A DNA stretch of 63,179 nucleotides, filler included, from 4 parts of 4 records of this genome joined end to end with filler, not necessarily neighbours in it; one strand, 5' to 3'; positions 49,423 to 60,155 are shown, counted from the first letter of the whole stretch. Numbers and translations are program-made. Notes: generated by a model from the sequence alone, not told the origin.

Positions 49423-50949
49423 ATGATTAAATCAGAAGCCTTGATCTACTTAGTCAATTCCATGACGAAACCAGAAAAGAAAGCCTTTAGGGTTGCTACT
49501 GATTCTTCTGAGGGAGCCTACTACCTCCAGCTATATGGTCTAATTGATAGTAAAAAAGAAATCACATCTGAAGAGCTAAGAGAAGCGTTCGCCCTAAAAT
49601 TACCAAAAGCGTCCTTTGACACTTCAGCAACCCATCTTTACAAAGCACTCCTGAATACGATGCTTGATTTGCGCAAAGATCAGGATAGTTACTATTCATT
49701 ATTTGATAAAATCCTAAAGGCCAGAATTCTATTTGAGAAATCCCTGTATCAAGAGTGCTTCGACACGCTTGAAAAAGTAAAAAAGGATGCCACCAAATAT
49801 GAAAATTACTACGCCTTATTGATCTCTTCTCGGTTGGAATTGGAGTACCTGCTTGCACTGAACTTTCCAGGATTGGATGAAAAAGAATTGCTCCACAAAC
49901 ACTTTAAGGTAAGCGAGACTTTACGAATAATTCAGAAAATACATCAACAATCTGCTCTTTACGAATTGCTGAAGTTCCGTATGCTTCATCGGGGCAATGC
50001 CCGATCAGAGAAACAAAAAACAGAGCTAAACGATTTGGTGGTAAGCGAGATGAGTATTGTATCCTCATCGAACATCGAAAATTTTGAAATAAGGAAATTA
50101 CATCAGCTATTTCAGGCCAACTATTTGATCAGTGTAGGGGATTATAAGTCAGCATTTCATTCATTCAATGAACTCAATAATTTGCAAGAAGCAAATAAAC
50201 ACTTATGGTCAAACCCACCGATCTACTATGTATTATCTTTAGAGGGAATACTGGATAGCTTGAGAAGCCTGAGAGATTACAAAGGGATGAGTCATTTTGT
50301 ACAACAGCTAAAGAAAATTGAAACTCCCTTCTTAAGTTTTAATACAAATGTTACTTGTCTTATCTTTCTGTATGAGCTTTTTCCTTTGCTGGATCGGGGT
50401 GATTTCAAATCCTGCGCTCAACTCACGAAAAAATATGAAACAACATTGCTCAAAAAGGCACAGCTTCTTAGTCTTGCGCGAAATGCTGAACTACACCTTT
50501 ACCTTGCCCTGATTAATTTCGGGCTGAAAGAATTTCAGATTGCAAAGAAAAGTTTAAGTAAAATCATATTCACGAATAGAGACTATTCATATCTACCTGT
50601 ATTTAGAACCATTCGATTAGTAAATCTTATGATTCTTTATGAGTTAAGGGATACTGAATTCATAAAATATGAAACAAGATCTATCAAAAGAGATATCAAT
50701 GCAGCTGGTAAAGAATATAAAATAGAGAAGAAGATTATCAGCTTTGTAAATAAAGCTAATCTCCCCATTTCGAGTGTAAAAAGGAAGCGACTTTGGGAAA
50801 GCGTTGAAAAAGATTTTGAGATTATCAATCACGATGTTTACGAGCAGCAAACACTTCGTCTCTTTGATTTCTCTGCCTGGATTGAGAGCAAGGTGAGAAG
50901 GATTTCACTTTCTGAAATCTTAGAAACCCGAGTTTCTCAAGAATATTAG
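49423..50949 (+). CDS. Hypothetical all-helical (TPR-like) cytoplasmic protein, possible regulator
   Basis: 508 aa with no signal peptide or TM; N-terminal LIYLVNSMTKPEKKAF and C-terminal FDFSAWIESK. Confidence 0.85.
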   Translation: MIKSEALIYLVNSMTKPEKKAFRVATDSSEGAYYLQLYGLIDSKKEITSEELREAFALKLPKASFDTSATHLYKALLNTMLDLRKDQDSYYSLFDKILKARILFEKSLYQECFDTLEKVKKDATKYENYYALLISSRLELEYLLALNFPGLDEKELLHKHFKVSETLRIIQKIHQQSALYELLKFRMLHRGNARSEKQKTELNDLVVSEMSIVSSSNIENFEIRKLHQLFQANYLISVGDYKSAFHSFNELNNLQEANKHLWSNPPIYYVLSLEGILDSLRSLRDYKGMSHFVQQLKKIETPFLSFNTNVTCLIFLYELFPLLDRGDFKSCAQLTKKYETTLLKKAQLLSLARNAELHLYLALINFGLKEFQIAKKSLSKIIFTNRDYSYLPVFRTIRLVNLMILYELRDTEFIKYETRSIKRDINAAGKEYKIEKKIISFVNKANLPISSVKRKRLWESVEKDFEIINHDVYEQQTLRLFDFSAWIESKVRRISLSEILETRVSQEY

Positions 50950-51143
50950 CCATAATCCCTTTACACATTTTCAATTCCTTTGTCAGATAGTAAGATCGCA
51001 GACTAATTCTAAATCCTCTACCCCCAGAGAGGTGAGATTTGTGGTCAGTATCGACTAAATAAAAGCCTTCTCACAGATTTCAGAAAGCTTATGTCGTTAT
51101 TGGGGGAAGGTATAAGAACGCATAAACATGTGGTCAATAAAAG

Positions 51144-51350
51144 CTACGTACGATTTGGATCGCTCATCTTACCCTCATTGAGGTTATAATAAATTCGCTG
51201 AGTTGGGTAGGCAAAATCAATGCCTATGTCCTTAGCAAATGCCTTGAGCACATCTTCCCAAATCTTGTGTTCGGATGTTTGGTTTTTTTTTGATTAACCA
51301 GGCTCCTCATTGTGAGCATACCCCCGCTTACTGCCTCCAATGTTCTAACC
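51144..51350 (-). pseudogene. 3' fragment of an MscS-family channel gene
   Basis: SGGMLTMRSLVNQKK, frameshift, EHKIWEDVLKAFAKDIGIDFAYPTQRIYYNLNEGK...*; no 5' part. Confidence 0.7.
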
Positions 51351-51374
51351 AATGAAGCTGCTGTGCTTTCCGAC

Positions 51375-51569
51375 ATGTATGTGTATGCCAAAACCCTACA
51401 CATCAATAGGTTTGAAACAAAACAGCTGGAATTGAGCCTTTGAGTAATCCGGAAAACGAATGATAACTATTTCAGTGAATGGTTCAATCATGATAGATTT
51501 GGGGCAATTACAAAAAGGAATTTATCTGATTGGCGATGGCCAAACGCCAAGAAAATAGTTGTGAAATAA
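51375..51569 (+). pseudogene. Remnant of a T9SS C-terminal sorting domain
   Basis: YVYAKTLHINRFETKQLELSL / GKRMITISVNGSIMIDLGQLQKGIYLIGDG / NAKKIVVK* across frameshifts; hairpin at 51576-51613 follows. Confidence 0.55.
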
Positions 51570-51662
51570 ACAAGATTATCACCCGGCATTTAAGGGAGTA
51601 TGTCTGGTGGTAATGAATTATAAACTTTATTTCATACGCACCGATTCGAAAGATCATTGACC

Positions 51663-53726
51663 CTAATGCAATTCAAGAATCTCAAACTCTACCCGACGGT
51701 TTTTGCTTTGCCCTTCTTCTGTTTCATTTGTCGCTATCGGTCGTGCTTCACCATACCCCATAACTTCCATTCGGTAATCAGGAATGCCTTTGCTTCTGAA
51801 GTAATCGTAAACAGCGCGAGCCCTATTTTCCGAAAGGTTCTGGTTGTACTCGTCAGAACCAATGTTATCCGTGTGCCCTGATATCCGTATTTTCTTAATT
51901 TGCCCATCACTCATACTGCCGTAAACCCTATCAAGCTCTGAAAAAGAGGCTGTTTTGAGTTCAGATTTGTTGAAATCAAAAAAGATGTTGTTCAGAATGA
52001 TTTTGGCCTGCTTTTCAATTTTTGTGAGGTACAAATCCTGAGTGATGGTTTTTGACGCAGTGATTGTATTGAAATCAAAGTTGAAACTCTGTGTCAAGTG
52101 ACCGTATTTGTTGGCATGAATCCCATAACTGGCTCCACCACGCACTTTGATCGAATAATAACTGGAGTCGCTGTTTACTTTGCCTACATCCAAACCATCA
52201 GGTAATCTTTCGATCACCACAGCTGCACTAGCTATTCCCTCCTTAGTCTGATAGTCCAACACTCTTCCTTCTATCGTAACGAATAGTTCGTCAGGCCGTG
52301 GTGTTGTCAGATGATTGATGGATGCGGTGATTGGGTTGACCGCTTTACTATCAAAAAATAAATCGTCGGCATTAAATCGAAAGATATCTGTATCCTCATC
52401 CATGTCGCCTCTGGAGAAATATATTTGATTGCCTGAAGACGGGATACTAAAATATTGATCATCCTCCTTACTATTGATTCCGGAACCCATGTTTTCAGGA
52501 GCAGACCATTTTTCCCAGCTTTCATCCAGCCGCATAGATACAAATATATCAGCCCCACCATAGCCGCTAAATCCGCTGGTTGAGTAGTATAAGGTTTTTT
52601 GGTCGGCACCAAGGAACGGAGCATAATCATCTCCAGCTGTATTTAGATCCCCGCCCATATTTTTAGGCTCAGACCATGCTCTTCCCTTTTTATGTGAAAT
52701 ATATAAATCACGTCCACCATAAGAATCGTCCCGCTCAACAGAAAGGACAATTGACTCCCCACTACCTACCAGGAAGAAATCCGCCCTGGGTGAGTAATTG
52801 TATTCGTTTTCAATTTCTACGGACTCGGGTTTGTCGAACGAGTCGCCATGCCGTTGCGACACGGAAATACCCGAATACATTCTCCCTTTTGCAGCGTATC
52901 TATTACCAAGTATCAATGTTTCCTCACCATTGACGTTGGTGATTGAGCTTATAAAATTGGGGCCACTTGTATTCAATGGAGGCCCTATGTTCTTGGCCAA
53001 CTTCCACTGTCCGGTTCTCTCATCCATCTCGGACATCCAGATATCCTCAGGATCATCCACTCCTCCAACATTGTCCGGGTGGTATTTTCGGCTGAAATAC
53101 AACCGTTTTCCATCAGGAGTGATTATGGGACCATTCTCTTGATAGGCACTATTTACATTAGCACCGAGCTTTTCGGTCTGAAAATTCTCATTGATACCTG
53201 GCACAAGGTTAATCAACACACTGATTGGGATATTGGATACAGAGATCCCAATGGCGTCAATGCTGTTGTATCCGGGTACTGCCGCACCATCAATAACCAC
53301 TTTAATAGCATGAATTTTATAGGGTGTGTCGTCGAAAAACAAATTCAGTAACCTGCTTTCGATGGGAATTGGTCTCGTTCTAAGATCTAACAAGGTGTAT
53401 TCCAGATACTCCTCATCGTAAGCCAGTACCTGTTTTATCGCGCCGGGGTTTTCGGATTCGGCTATAGCCACTTGTTTTGCCTGAATAGGTTTATCGAACG
53501 ACACGACAATGAACTGTTCATCATTGTCATTCTTCGGGCGCCAGGCACTGGGATTGTCCCCTCCTGCCGGGAAAACATTGGGTTTGTGCAGGGCCTGAAT
53601 GCCCGAATAGCCTAAGCGACCATATTCCGATGAAACATCTACAACCTGAGAAGCCCAAACGACAGTTTCCTGTGCTTTGACATTCCCGAAGGCTAAAATT
53701 GCGGCGATAATCAGTGATTTTTTCAA
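51663..53726 (-). CDS. OmpA family protein with PD40 beta-propeller repeats
   Basis: PIITPDGKRLYFSR, SGYGGADIF, NIFFDFNKS, GHTDNIG, NLSENRA, NRRVEF. Confidence 0.92.
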   Translation of the reverse strand: MKKSLIIAAILAFGNVKAQETVVWASQVVDVSSEYGRLGYSGIQALHKPNVFPAGGDNPSAWRPKNDNDEQFIVVSFDKPIQAKQVAIAESENPGAIKQVLAYDEEYLEYTLLDLRTRPIPIESRLLNLFFDDTPYKIHAIKVVIDGAAVPGYNSIDAIGISVSNIPISVLINLVPGINENFQTEKLGANVNSAYQENGPIITPDGKRLYFSRKYHPDNVGGVDDPEDIWMSEMDERTGQWKLAKNIGPPLNTSGPNFISSITNVNGEETLILGNRYAAKGRMYSGISVSQRHGDSFDKPESVEIENEYNYSPRADFFLVGSGESIVLSVERDDSYGGRDLYISHKKGRAWSEPKNMGGDLNTAGDDYAPFLGADQKTLYYSTSGFSGYGGADIFVSMRLDESWEKWSAPENMGSGINSKEDDQYFSIPSSGNQIYFSRGDMDEDTDIFRFNADDLFFDSKAVNPITASINHLTTPRPDELFVTIEGRVLDYQTKEGIASAAVVIERLPDGLDVGKVNSDSSYYSIKVRGGASYGIHANKYGHLTQSFNFDFNTITASKTITQDLYLTKIEKQAKIILNNIFFDFNKSELKTASFSELDRVYGSMSDGQIKKIRISGHTDNIGSDEYNQNLSENRARAVYDYFRSKGIPDYRMEVMGYGEARPIATNETEEGQSKNRRVEFEILELH

Positions 53727-53739
53727 TTAAATATGAATT

Positions 53740-54432
53740 TTAATTGCCTAATACCCTTACCTCAACCCTACGGTTTTTGGCTTTTGCTTCGGATGTTCTT
53801 TCTGTACTGAGGGGCTGAGTTCCTCCGAAGGCTTTGGTTAAAACTCTGTTCTTTTTTACTCCTTTTTTAACAAGGTATTCTTTGGTGGCATCTACTCGAG
53901 ACAGTGAGAGTTTCATATTAGCAACTGGGTTTCCAGCAAAATCTGTATGCCCTTCCAACTGAATTATAGTATTCGGTCGGTCTTCTAGCCATTTCACCAG
54001 CTGATCCAATTGCTCGTATGAGCTTTCTGTAATTTTATCATTCCCACTTGCAAAAATCAAGTTATCAAGTGTTATCAATTCATTTTCATCACCAGGTTCT
54101 ATAAACATGGTGAAAATAAAAAGACCATCACCATCAGGATCCTGAATGACTACTTCCTTATTCGATTGGTTATACCCATTTTTATCGGCAAGGAAGCTAT
54201 ACCCCACACCTTCGGCCAAATAAAATTCAAATTCTCCATCGCTACCTGCGGTTGTAATTCCGATATCATCAAAATAGGGCAATTTTTCATATGTTATAGA
54301 CGCAGCTACTGACGAGGAGTCCTGCTGACTGAGAATCTTCCCATAAACTTTAATGAAATTTACACTTTCGGGTTGTGCGTAAGATGAACTTATATAGAAT
54401 ATTGTGATCAGGAATAATACAAACCTGTACAT
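53740..54432 (-). CDS. OmpA family protein
   Basis: LEGHTDFAG, KLSLSRV, NRRVEV; ATG at 54432 (MYRFVLFLIT signal peptide) preferred. Confidence 0.9.
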   Translation of the reverse strand: MYRFVLFLITIFYISSSYAQPESVNFIKVYGKILSQQDSSSVAASITYEKLPYFDDIGITTAGSDGEFEFYLAEGVGYSFLADKNGYNQSNKEVVIQDPDGDGLFIFTMFIEPGDENELITLDNLIFASGNDKITESSYEQLDQLVKWLEDRPNTIIQLEGHTDFAGNPVANMKLSLSRVDATKEYLVKKGVKKNRVLTKAFGGTQPLSTERTSEAKAKNRRVEVRVLGN

Positions 54433-54619
54433 AGCGGTGACTCTAACGGAAAACATACTGCAAATTAAAATTTTTTGTTCGCTATTGATTAGGATACGAA
54501 TAAGTATTTTGCATAAAAAATGCATTTAATATAAACTTGGCATATAAATCGACGAAACAGTACATTCCATCGTTAAACTAAATCTTCAAATAAAAAAATC
54601 TTCAAACTTAAGCCGCGAC

Positions 54620-55534
54620 ATGAAATACTTTCTAAATATTATCCTAATTCTGCTACTCACTGCTGCAGTTGGACAAACTAAAATTCAATTCAAACTCGAT
54701 GACGGAAAGGGCTTCTTCTCCGCTTATCCACCACCGGAAACACCAAAAGGAATTTTAATATTATTACCCGATTATTTACAAGAGGAAGAAGCGTTTCTCA
54801 AAAGAACCACGGTGATGAATCAATGTTACAATCAGGGGATCGTGACAGTGGTTGTTACAGTTGGTAGAAAAATATTTGCAGATGGTACCGTAGTGGATTT
54901 GCTTTCAGAGGTTTGCAAAAAAACAATGGAGGGTTTTGAGGTTCCGCGTGATAAAGTTGTTTTCGGTGGATATGGATATGGAGGAACCATTCTACTGAAA
55001 TATGCGCAGTTGTGTTTAAAGTATGAAAACGATTTTCCGGTGAGCCCTGCAGCTGTTTATGCTGTCAATACTCATGTAGATATTACTCTGGCATTCAAAA
55101 GCTATGAACGTCAGATTGCTCAAAACGTGAATGTAGAGTTAACTCAAAATGCCAAAAACTTCAAGGACATTATGCTGCGAACACTTCAGGGAACGCCAGA
55201 GGAGGATCCATTCATTTATGATTCATTTTCTCCCTTTAAATACGGCTCCAAATCTGTTGATAACATTGAGATGCTAACTCAGACTCCCATTCGACTCTAT
55301 AATGACACGGATTTGATATGGAACATGCAAAACAGGCAAAACAGCGCATATGATATGCAAGCGACAGCCTCTTCCGAGTTTATTTATCAATTAAAAAGAC
55401 TGGGGAACAAAAAGGCGGAGTTTATTTCAACAAATATTGAAAACCCAACAGGAAAGAGAAATTCAGTCGAACGGACGTTCGTTGATGAGGCAGATCTCAG
55501 TCTTTGGATTACCAATCAATTAATAATAAAATAG
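54620..55534 (+). CDS. Secreted alpha/beta-hydrolase-fold-like protein, apparently without the catalytic Ser
   Basis: Signal peptide, PKGILILLP, and VPRDKVVFGGYGYGG at the GxSxG position. Confidence 0.65.
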   Translation: MKYFLNIILILLLTAAVGQTKIQFKLDDGKGFFSAYPPPETPKGILILLPDYLQEEEAFLKRTTVMNQCYNQGIVTVVVTVGRKIFADGTVVDLLSEVCKKTMEGFEVPRDKVVFGGYGYGGTILLKYAQLCLKYENDFPVSPAAVYAVNTHVDITLAFKSYERQIAQNVNVELTQNAKNFKDIMLRTLQGTPEEDPFIYDSFSPFKYGSKSVDNIEMLTQTPIRLYNDTDLIWNMQNRQNSAYDMQATASSEFIYQLKRLGNKKAEFISTNIENPTGKRNSVERTFVDEADLSLWITNQLIIK

Positions 55535-55558
55535 CGGCTTGTAAGAAATTCAGAGAAT

Positions 55559-56521
55559 TCAAAGGCGCACTGAAAGGCAGATCGTATTGATCAGCCAGGC
55601 AGCCAGCTTAGCTGTTTGATTGTCCTTATCATACTTGGGATTCATCTCCACAACATCGGTACTGATCAACTTGCCGGATTGTGTTATGAGGTGAATCACT
55701 TTTTGAACCAATCCTAGATCAAAACCCATTGGAGACGGAGCACTCACCCCTGGGGCGTATGCGCTCGAAAACCCATCCAGATCAATGGTAAGATAAATGT
55801 GATCGACCATGGAGATGAAAGTTGAAATACGCTGAGCGATCGTGGTGAGGTTGTCAATCCGAAATTGATCCATTTCCATGAACTCAACTCCAAGTTCTTT
55901 CGCTGTTTCGTAAAGCCTTTTATTATTGACATGTGGTTGAACACCCAGACAGAGGTAATGAAAATTGGCTTCTTCCTGTCCAATCTGGTAAAAGGGAGTT
56001 CCGGAATTACGCCGGTCTTCTACCTTTCTCAGGTCAAAATGAGCGTCGAGATTGATAATACCAATTTTAGTCTGGTTGCTTTTTGTCCCTAAATGATTTT
56101 TGATCCCCTGAAAATGGGCATACGCCAGATCATGCCCTCCCCCTAACAAGATTGGAAAGCAGTTTTGATCAAGCAAGTGTTTCACTTTTTCGGCTATTAA
56201 ATCTTGCGCTCCATCCAGATTTTGATCCTCACAAACCACATCACCACAGTCCAAAAGCCGTACATCTGCTTTCAAATGATCCGCAAAACCTGCCAATGAT
56301 TTTCTAATTTCCCCCGGTCCTTCTTTAGCACCAATTCTTCCCTGGTTTCGCCTCACCCCCTCATCACAGCAATAGCCAAGCAAAGCGATTGACTTCATGC
56401 TTTTATGAATGGGGAGGGAAACGTCGGGATCAAGGCATTCTACTTTTTGATAGATGTAAATTAGCTCATCAGCACTTCTACCCGTCCAGTTGTCCTTGTT
56501 TTGTGGTTTATAATAAGCCAT
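55559..56521 (-). CDS. hutG: Formimidoylglutamase
   Basis: DEGVRRNQGRIGA, LGGGHD, NLDAHFDLR, IDLDGF..APGVSAP. Confidence 0.93.
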   Translation of the reverse strand: MAYYKPQNKDNWTGRSADELIYIYQKVECLDPDVSLPIHKSMKSIALLGYCCDEGVRRNQGRIGAKEGPGEIRKSLAGFADHLKADVRLLDCGDVVCEDQNLDGAQDLIAEKVKHLLDQNCFPILLGGGHDLAYAHFQGIKNHLGTKSNQTKIGIINLDAHFDLRKVEDRRNSGTPFYQIGQEEANFHYLCLGVQPHVNNKRLYETAKELGVEFMEMDQFRIDNLTTIAQRISTFISMVDHIYLTIDLDGFSSAYAPGVSAPSPMGFDLGLVQKVIHLITQSGKLISTDVVEMNPKYDKDNQTAKLAAWLINTICLSVRL

Positions 56522-56523
56522 GG

Positions 56524-58524
56524 CTAAAATAGGTTCTTCAGCAATTCGTCCTCAACTAATTCTGGCAAAGTGACGGAGAGTTTTGGTGATCGTTTCATTT
56601 CACGCTTGATGGCAAAAATGGCTTCTTCGTTTCTTCCCCAGCTTCGCCGGGCAATGCCATTGTTCACATCAAAAAACAACATGTTTTGAATTTTTCCGTC
56701 CGTTTCCTCACTCCCATCAAGCACCATCCCAAAACCTCCATTGCTCACTTCGCCCCAGCCCACACCGCCTCCGTTATGAATGGAAACCCAGGTAGCACCC
56801 CGGAAGCTATCCCCAATCACATTGTGAATAGACATATCAGCTGTAAACCGACTCCCGTCATAAATGTTGCTGGTTTCCCTAAACGGAGAATCCGTGCCAC
56901 TCACATCGTGATGGTCGCGTCCAAGGACAATAGGAGCGGTAATTTCTCCGGTACGGATTGCCGCATTAAAAGCCAAAGCAATTTTCATTCGCCCTTCAGC
57001 ATCCGAATATAAGATACGTGCCTGCGAACCCACCACAAGTTTGTTCGATCCAGCTTCTGCAATCCATTTAATGTTATCCCGGAGTTGCTGCTCAATTTCG
57101 GAAGGAGCCTCTTTGAGCATTTCTTGCATTACGTTTTGGGCAATACGATCTGTCTTTTCCAAATCCGCAGGATCGCCAGAGGTGCAAACCCAGCGAAAAG
57201 GCCCGAATCCATAGTCGAAACACATCGGCCCGAGAATGTCCTGTACATAAGATGGATATTTAAAATCAATTTGGTTTTCGGCCATCACATCCGCTCCGGC
57301 ACGGGAAGCTTCCAGCAAAAAGGCATTGCCGTAATCAAAGAAATAAGTACCTCTCGTTGTGTGCTGATTGATAGTATCGGCATGTCTTCGCAGCGATTCT
57401 TGCACCCTGACCCTGAAAGCCTCCGGGTCTTCACTTATGAGCGCATTGGCTTCTTCATAAGAAAGGCCTACGGGATAATAACCACCCGACCAGGGATTGT
57501 GGAGGGATGTTTGATCCGAACCAATTTCTACAAAAATACCGGCCAGGTGAAACCACTCCCACACATCGACAACATTCCCAATAAAAGCAATGGAAACAAC
57601 TTCCTCAGCTGATTTGGCTTCCTTCACACGTAAAATGAGTGCCTCCATGTCATCAATGAGCTCATCCACCCACCCTTGCTCATATCGTTTGGTTGCAGCC
57701 TCCGGATTTACCTCCGCACAGACCGTAACGCATCCGGCAATGTTTCCGGCCTTCGGCTGTGCGCCACTCATACCCCCTAAACCGGCTGTAAGAAAGAGTT
57801 TCCCTTTCGGGGAAACATCATTTCCCAACTTTCGCCGAAAGGCATTCATGACCGTAATTGTTGTGCCGTGTACGATTCCCTGCGGACCGATGTACATAAA
57901 AGAACCAGCCGTCATTTGGCCGTATTGTGTTACACCCAGGGCATTAAACCGCTCCCAATCATCGGGTTTCGAGTAATTGGGCACCATCATTCCATTCGTC
58001 ACCACCACTTTTGGAGCTGATTTGGAAGATGGGAACAGTCCCATAGGATGGCCAGAATAGAGATGTAAGGTCTGTTCTTCGGTCATTTGTGTCAAATATT
58101 TCATCGTCAAGAGGTACTGCGCCCAATTCTGAAAGACTGCTCCGTTTCCCCCATAGGTTATAAGCTCATGTGGGTGTTGCGCTACTTTTGGATCAAGATT
58201 GTTCTGAATCATCAGCATGATGGCCGCTGCAGATTCACAACGCGCAGGATATTCGGAAATGGATCGCGCGTACATATCATAATCGGGGCGGAAACGATGC
58301 ATATAAATGCGTCCATAGTTTTTCAGCTCCGACGCAAACTCCTTTGATAACTCCTGATGCCAGTGTTTCGGGAAATAACGAAGGGCATTTCGAATGGCTA
58401 GTTTCTTTTCTTCTATCGACAGGATACCCTTTCGCACCGGAGCGTGACTGACCTTGAAATCAATTTTTCTTTTGGGTGGAAGTGCCGCAGGTATGCCCTG
58501 TATAAGTTGGTTTTTGAAATCCAT
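56524..58524 (-). CDS. hutU: Urocanate hydratase (long form)
   Basis: YGQMTAGSFMYIGPQGIVHGT, AGLGGMSGAQP, SDQTSLH, GRDHHDVSG, HNGGGVGWG. Confidence 0.96.
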   Translation of the reverse strand: MDFKNQLIQGIPAALPPKRKIDFKVSHAPVRKGILSIEEKKLAIRNALRYFPKHWHQELSKEFASELKNYGRIYMHRFRPDYDMYARSISEYPARCESAAAIMLMIQNNLDPKVAQHPHELITYGGNGAVFQNWAQYLLTMKYLTQMTEEQTLHLYSGHPMGLFPSSKSAPKVVVTNGMMVPNYSKPDDWERFNALGVTQYGQMTAGSFMYIGPQGIVHGTTITVMNAFRRKLGNDVSPKGKLFLTAGLGGMSGAQPKAGNIAGCVTVCAEVNPEAATKRYEQGWVDELIDDMEALILRVKEAKSAEEVVSIAFIGNVVDVWEWFHLAGIFVEIGSDQTSLHNPWSGGYYPVGLSYEEANALISEDPEAFRVRVQESLRRHADTINQHTTRGTYFFDYGNAFLLEASRAGADVMAENQIDFKYPSYVQDILGPMCFDYGFGPFRWVCTSGDPADLEKTDRIAQNVMQEMLKEAPSEIEQQLRDNIKWIAEAGSNKLVVGSQARILYSDAEGRMKIALAFNAAIRTGEITAPIVLGRDHHDVSGTDSPFRETSNIYDGSRFTADMSIHNVIGDSFRGATWVSIHNGGGVGWGEVSNGGFGMVLDGSEETDGKIQNMLFFDVNNGIARRSWGRNEEAIFAIKREMKRSPKLSVTLPELVEDELLKNLF

Positions 58525-58525
58525 G

Positions 58526-59779
58526 TCAGTCTTGTTTGAATGCTAAACGACCAGCTTTCCAAACCTCGCAAGGTTTCATGCGGCCTTGATGATAAGTAAT
58601 TTCATTGTAGTGATCTGTTGGAAACAGGGCAAAATCTGCTTTCTTTCCCTTTGCCAGAATGCCGCGATCGTTTAACCGAAGCGCATAGGCCGCCCGAAAA
58701 GTAATCGCCGAAAGCACCTCCGCATTCGTTAGTTTTTCAAACGAACCCAGTACGGAAGCTTGTGTCAATAAATCACCCATGGGCGCAGAGCCTGGATTCC
58801 AATCGCTGGCTATGGCAAAACAAGCGCCAGCATCCAGCAGTTTTCTCGCCGGAGCAAAACCACAGCCTAAACCCAAAGAAGCCCCTGGCAAAGCTGTCGC
58901 CACCACATCACTATGTGCCAGCATTTCAATTTCCTTAGCTTCACTAGCCTCCAGATGATCGGCACTTACTGCCTGAACCTGCACCGCCAATTTGCTCCCT
59001 GCTGTACTAAACTGATCGGCATGGATCGTGATATCAAAGCCCATGGCTTTGGCTTGCTTGAAATAAGAATGTAGATCGTTTTCTAAAAAGGCAGTTTGTT
59101 CCACAAAAGCGTCTATACGATTTGTGAGTTTTTCTTGCTTGATTTTTGGAAATAAATCTTTTGAAATCCAATCGAGATATTCGCTGGCGTTTCCGTCAAA
59201 ATCCTTTGGAACAATGTGTGCTGACAGACAAGTGGCGATCAAATCGGGATGGCTAAGTTTATTCGCTTCCTGTATTGCACGAAGCATTTTAAGCTCCTCG
59301 TCTACAGAAAGTCCATAGCCGCTTTTCACTTCTATAGTTGTGATCCCGTCGCTGAGGTGTCTTTTGGCACGTGAGACAATGCCCTGGGTAAGTTCGTGAA
59401 AGCTTGCCCGTCGGGTCTTGGTTACAGTATCCCAAATGCCACCTCCTTTTGACGCAATTTCCAAATAGGAGCTTCCAGCATTACGCAGGGCATAATCCTC
59501 TGCCCTACTACCACCGAAACAGATGTGTGTGTGGCAATCGACAAAACCGGGAAGGCAAACCGCCTTATCCGTCAATTCAATAATTTCTATTTCATCAGAA
59601 TGCTTGTATACGTCACACAACTGCTGGAAAGTCCCCACTTCGAGAATGAGTTCTTCTTCCATAAGCAAAGCTCCATTTTGAATAACCTCAAGTTGAGTAT
59701 CTCTTAGGGCTCCTTTAAGTGGAATTCCATTCATGGTTAAGAGTTGAGCGAACGGTCCGATTAATCGCTTTTTTTTCAT
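58526..59779 (-). CDS. hutI: Imidazolonepropionase
   Basis: PGFVDCHTH, EVKSGYGL, HADQF, SADHLE, ASDWNPGS. Confidence 0.95.
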   Translation of the reverse strand: MKKKRLIGPFAQLLTMNGIPLKGALRDTQLEVIQNGALLMEEELILEVGTFQQLCDVYKHSDEIEIIELTDKAVCLPGFVDCHTHICFGGSRAEDYALRNAGSSYLEIASKGGGIWDTVTKTRRASFHELTQGIVSRAKRHLSDGITTIEVKSGYGLSVDEELKMLRAIQEANKLSHPDLIATCLSAHIVPKDFDGNASEYLDWISKDLFPKIKQEKLTNRIDAFVEQTAFLENDLHSYFKQAKAMGFDITIHADQFSTAGSKLAVQVQAVSADHLEASEAKEIEMLAHSDVVATALPGASLGLGCGFAPARKLLDAGACFAIASDWNPGSAPMGDLLTQASVLGSFEKLTNAEVLSAITFRAAYALRLNDRGILAKGKKADFALFPTDHYNEITYHQGRMKPCEVWKAGRLAFKQD

Positions 59780-59865
59780 CAATAGGTCATAAATGGTTGG
59801 TAAGAAGGATCGTCTAATTCGCTGTTTTCTATTTCAGAAGATTGATTCATCACCCTAAGTAACTC
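59779..59865 (-). CDS. C-terminus of an upstream gene (partial), possibly histidine ammonia-lyase
   Basis: ELLRVMNQSSEIENSELDDPSYQPFMTY* with TGATG overlap onto hutI; identity inferred from context only. Confidence 0.45.
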   Translation of the reverse strand, partial: ELLRVMNQSSEIENSELDDPSYQPFMTY

Positions 59866-59965
59866 NNNNNNNNNNNNNNNNNNNNNNNNNNNNNNNNNNN
59901 NNNNNNNNNTTAATTAATTAANNNNNNNNNNNNNNNNNNNNNNNNNNNNNNNNNNNNNNNNNNNN
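59866..59965. other. Artificial contig linker
   Basis: 44 N + TTAATTAATTAA + 44 N. Confidence 0.98.

Positions 59966-60155
<190 letters not shown>

Noticed and set aside
56524-58524. Unusually long urocanase as a novelty
   Set aside because: The long form is common in Bacteroidota hut operons
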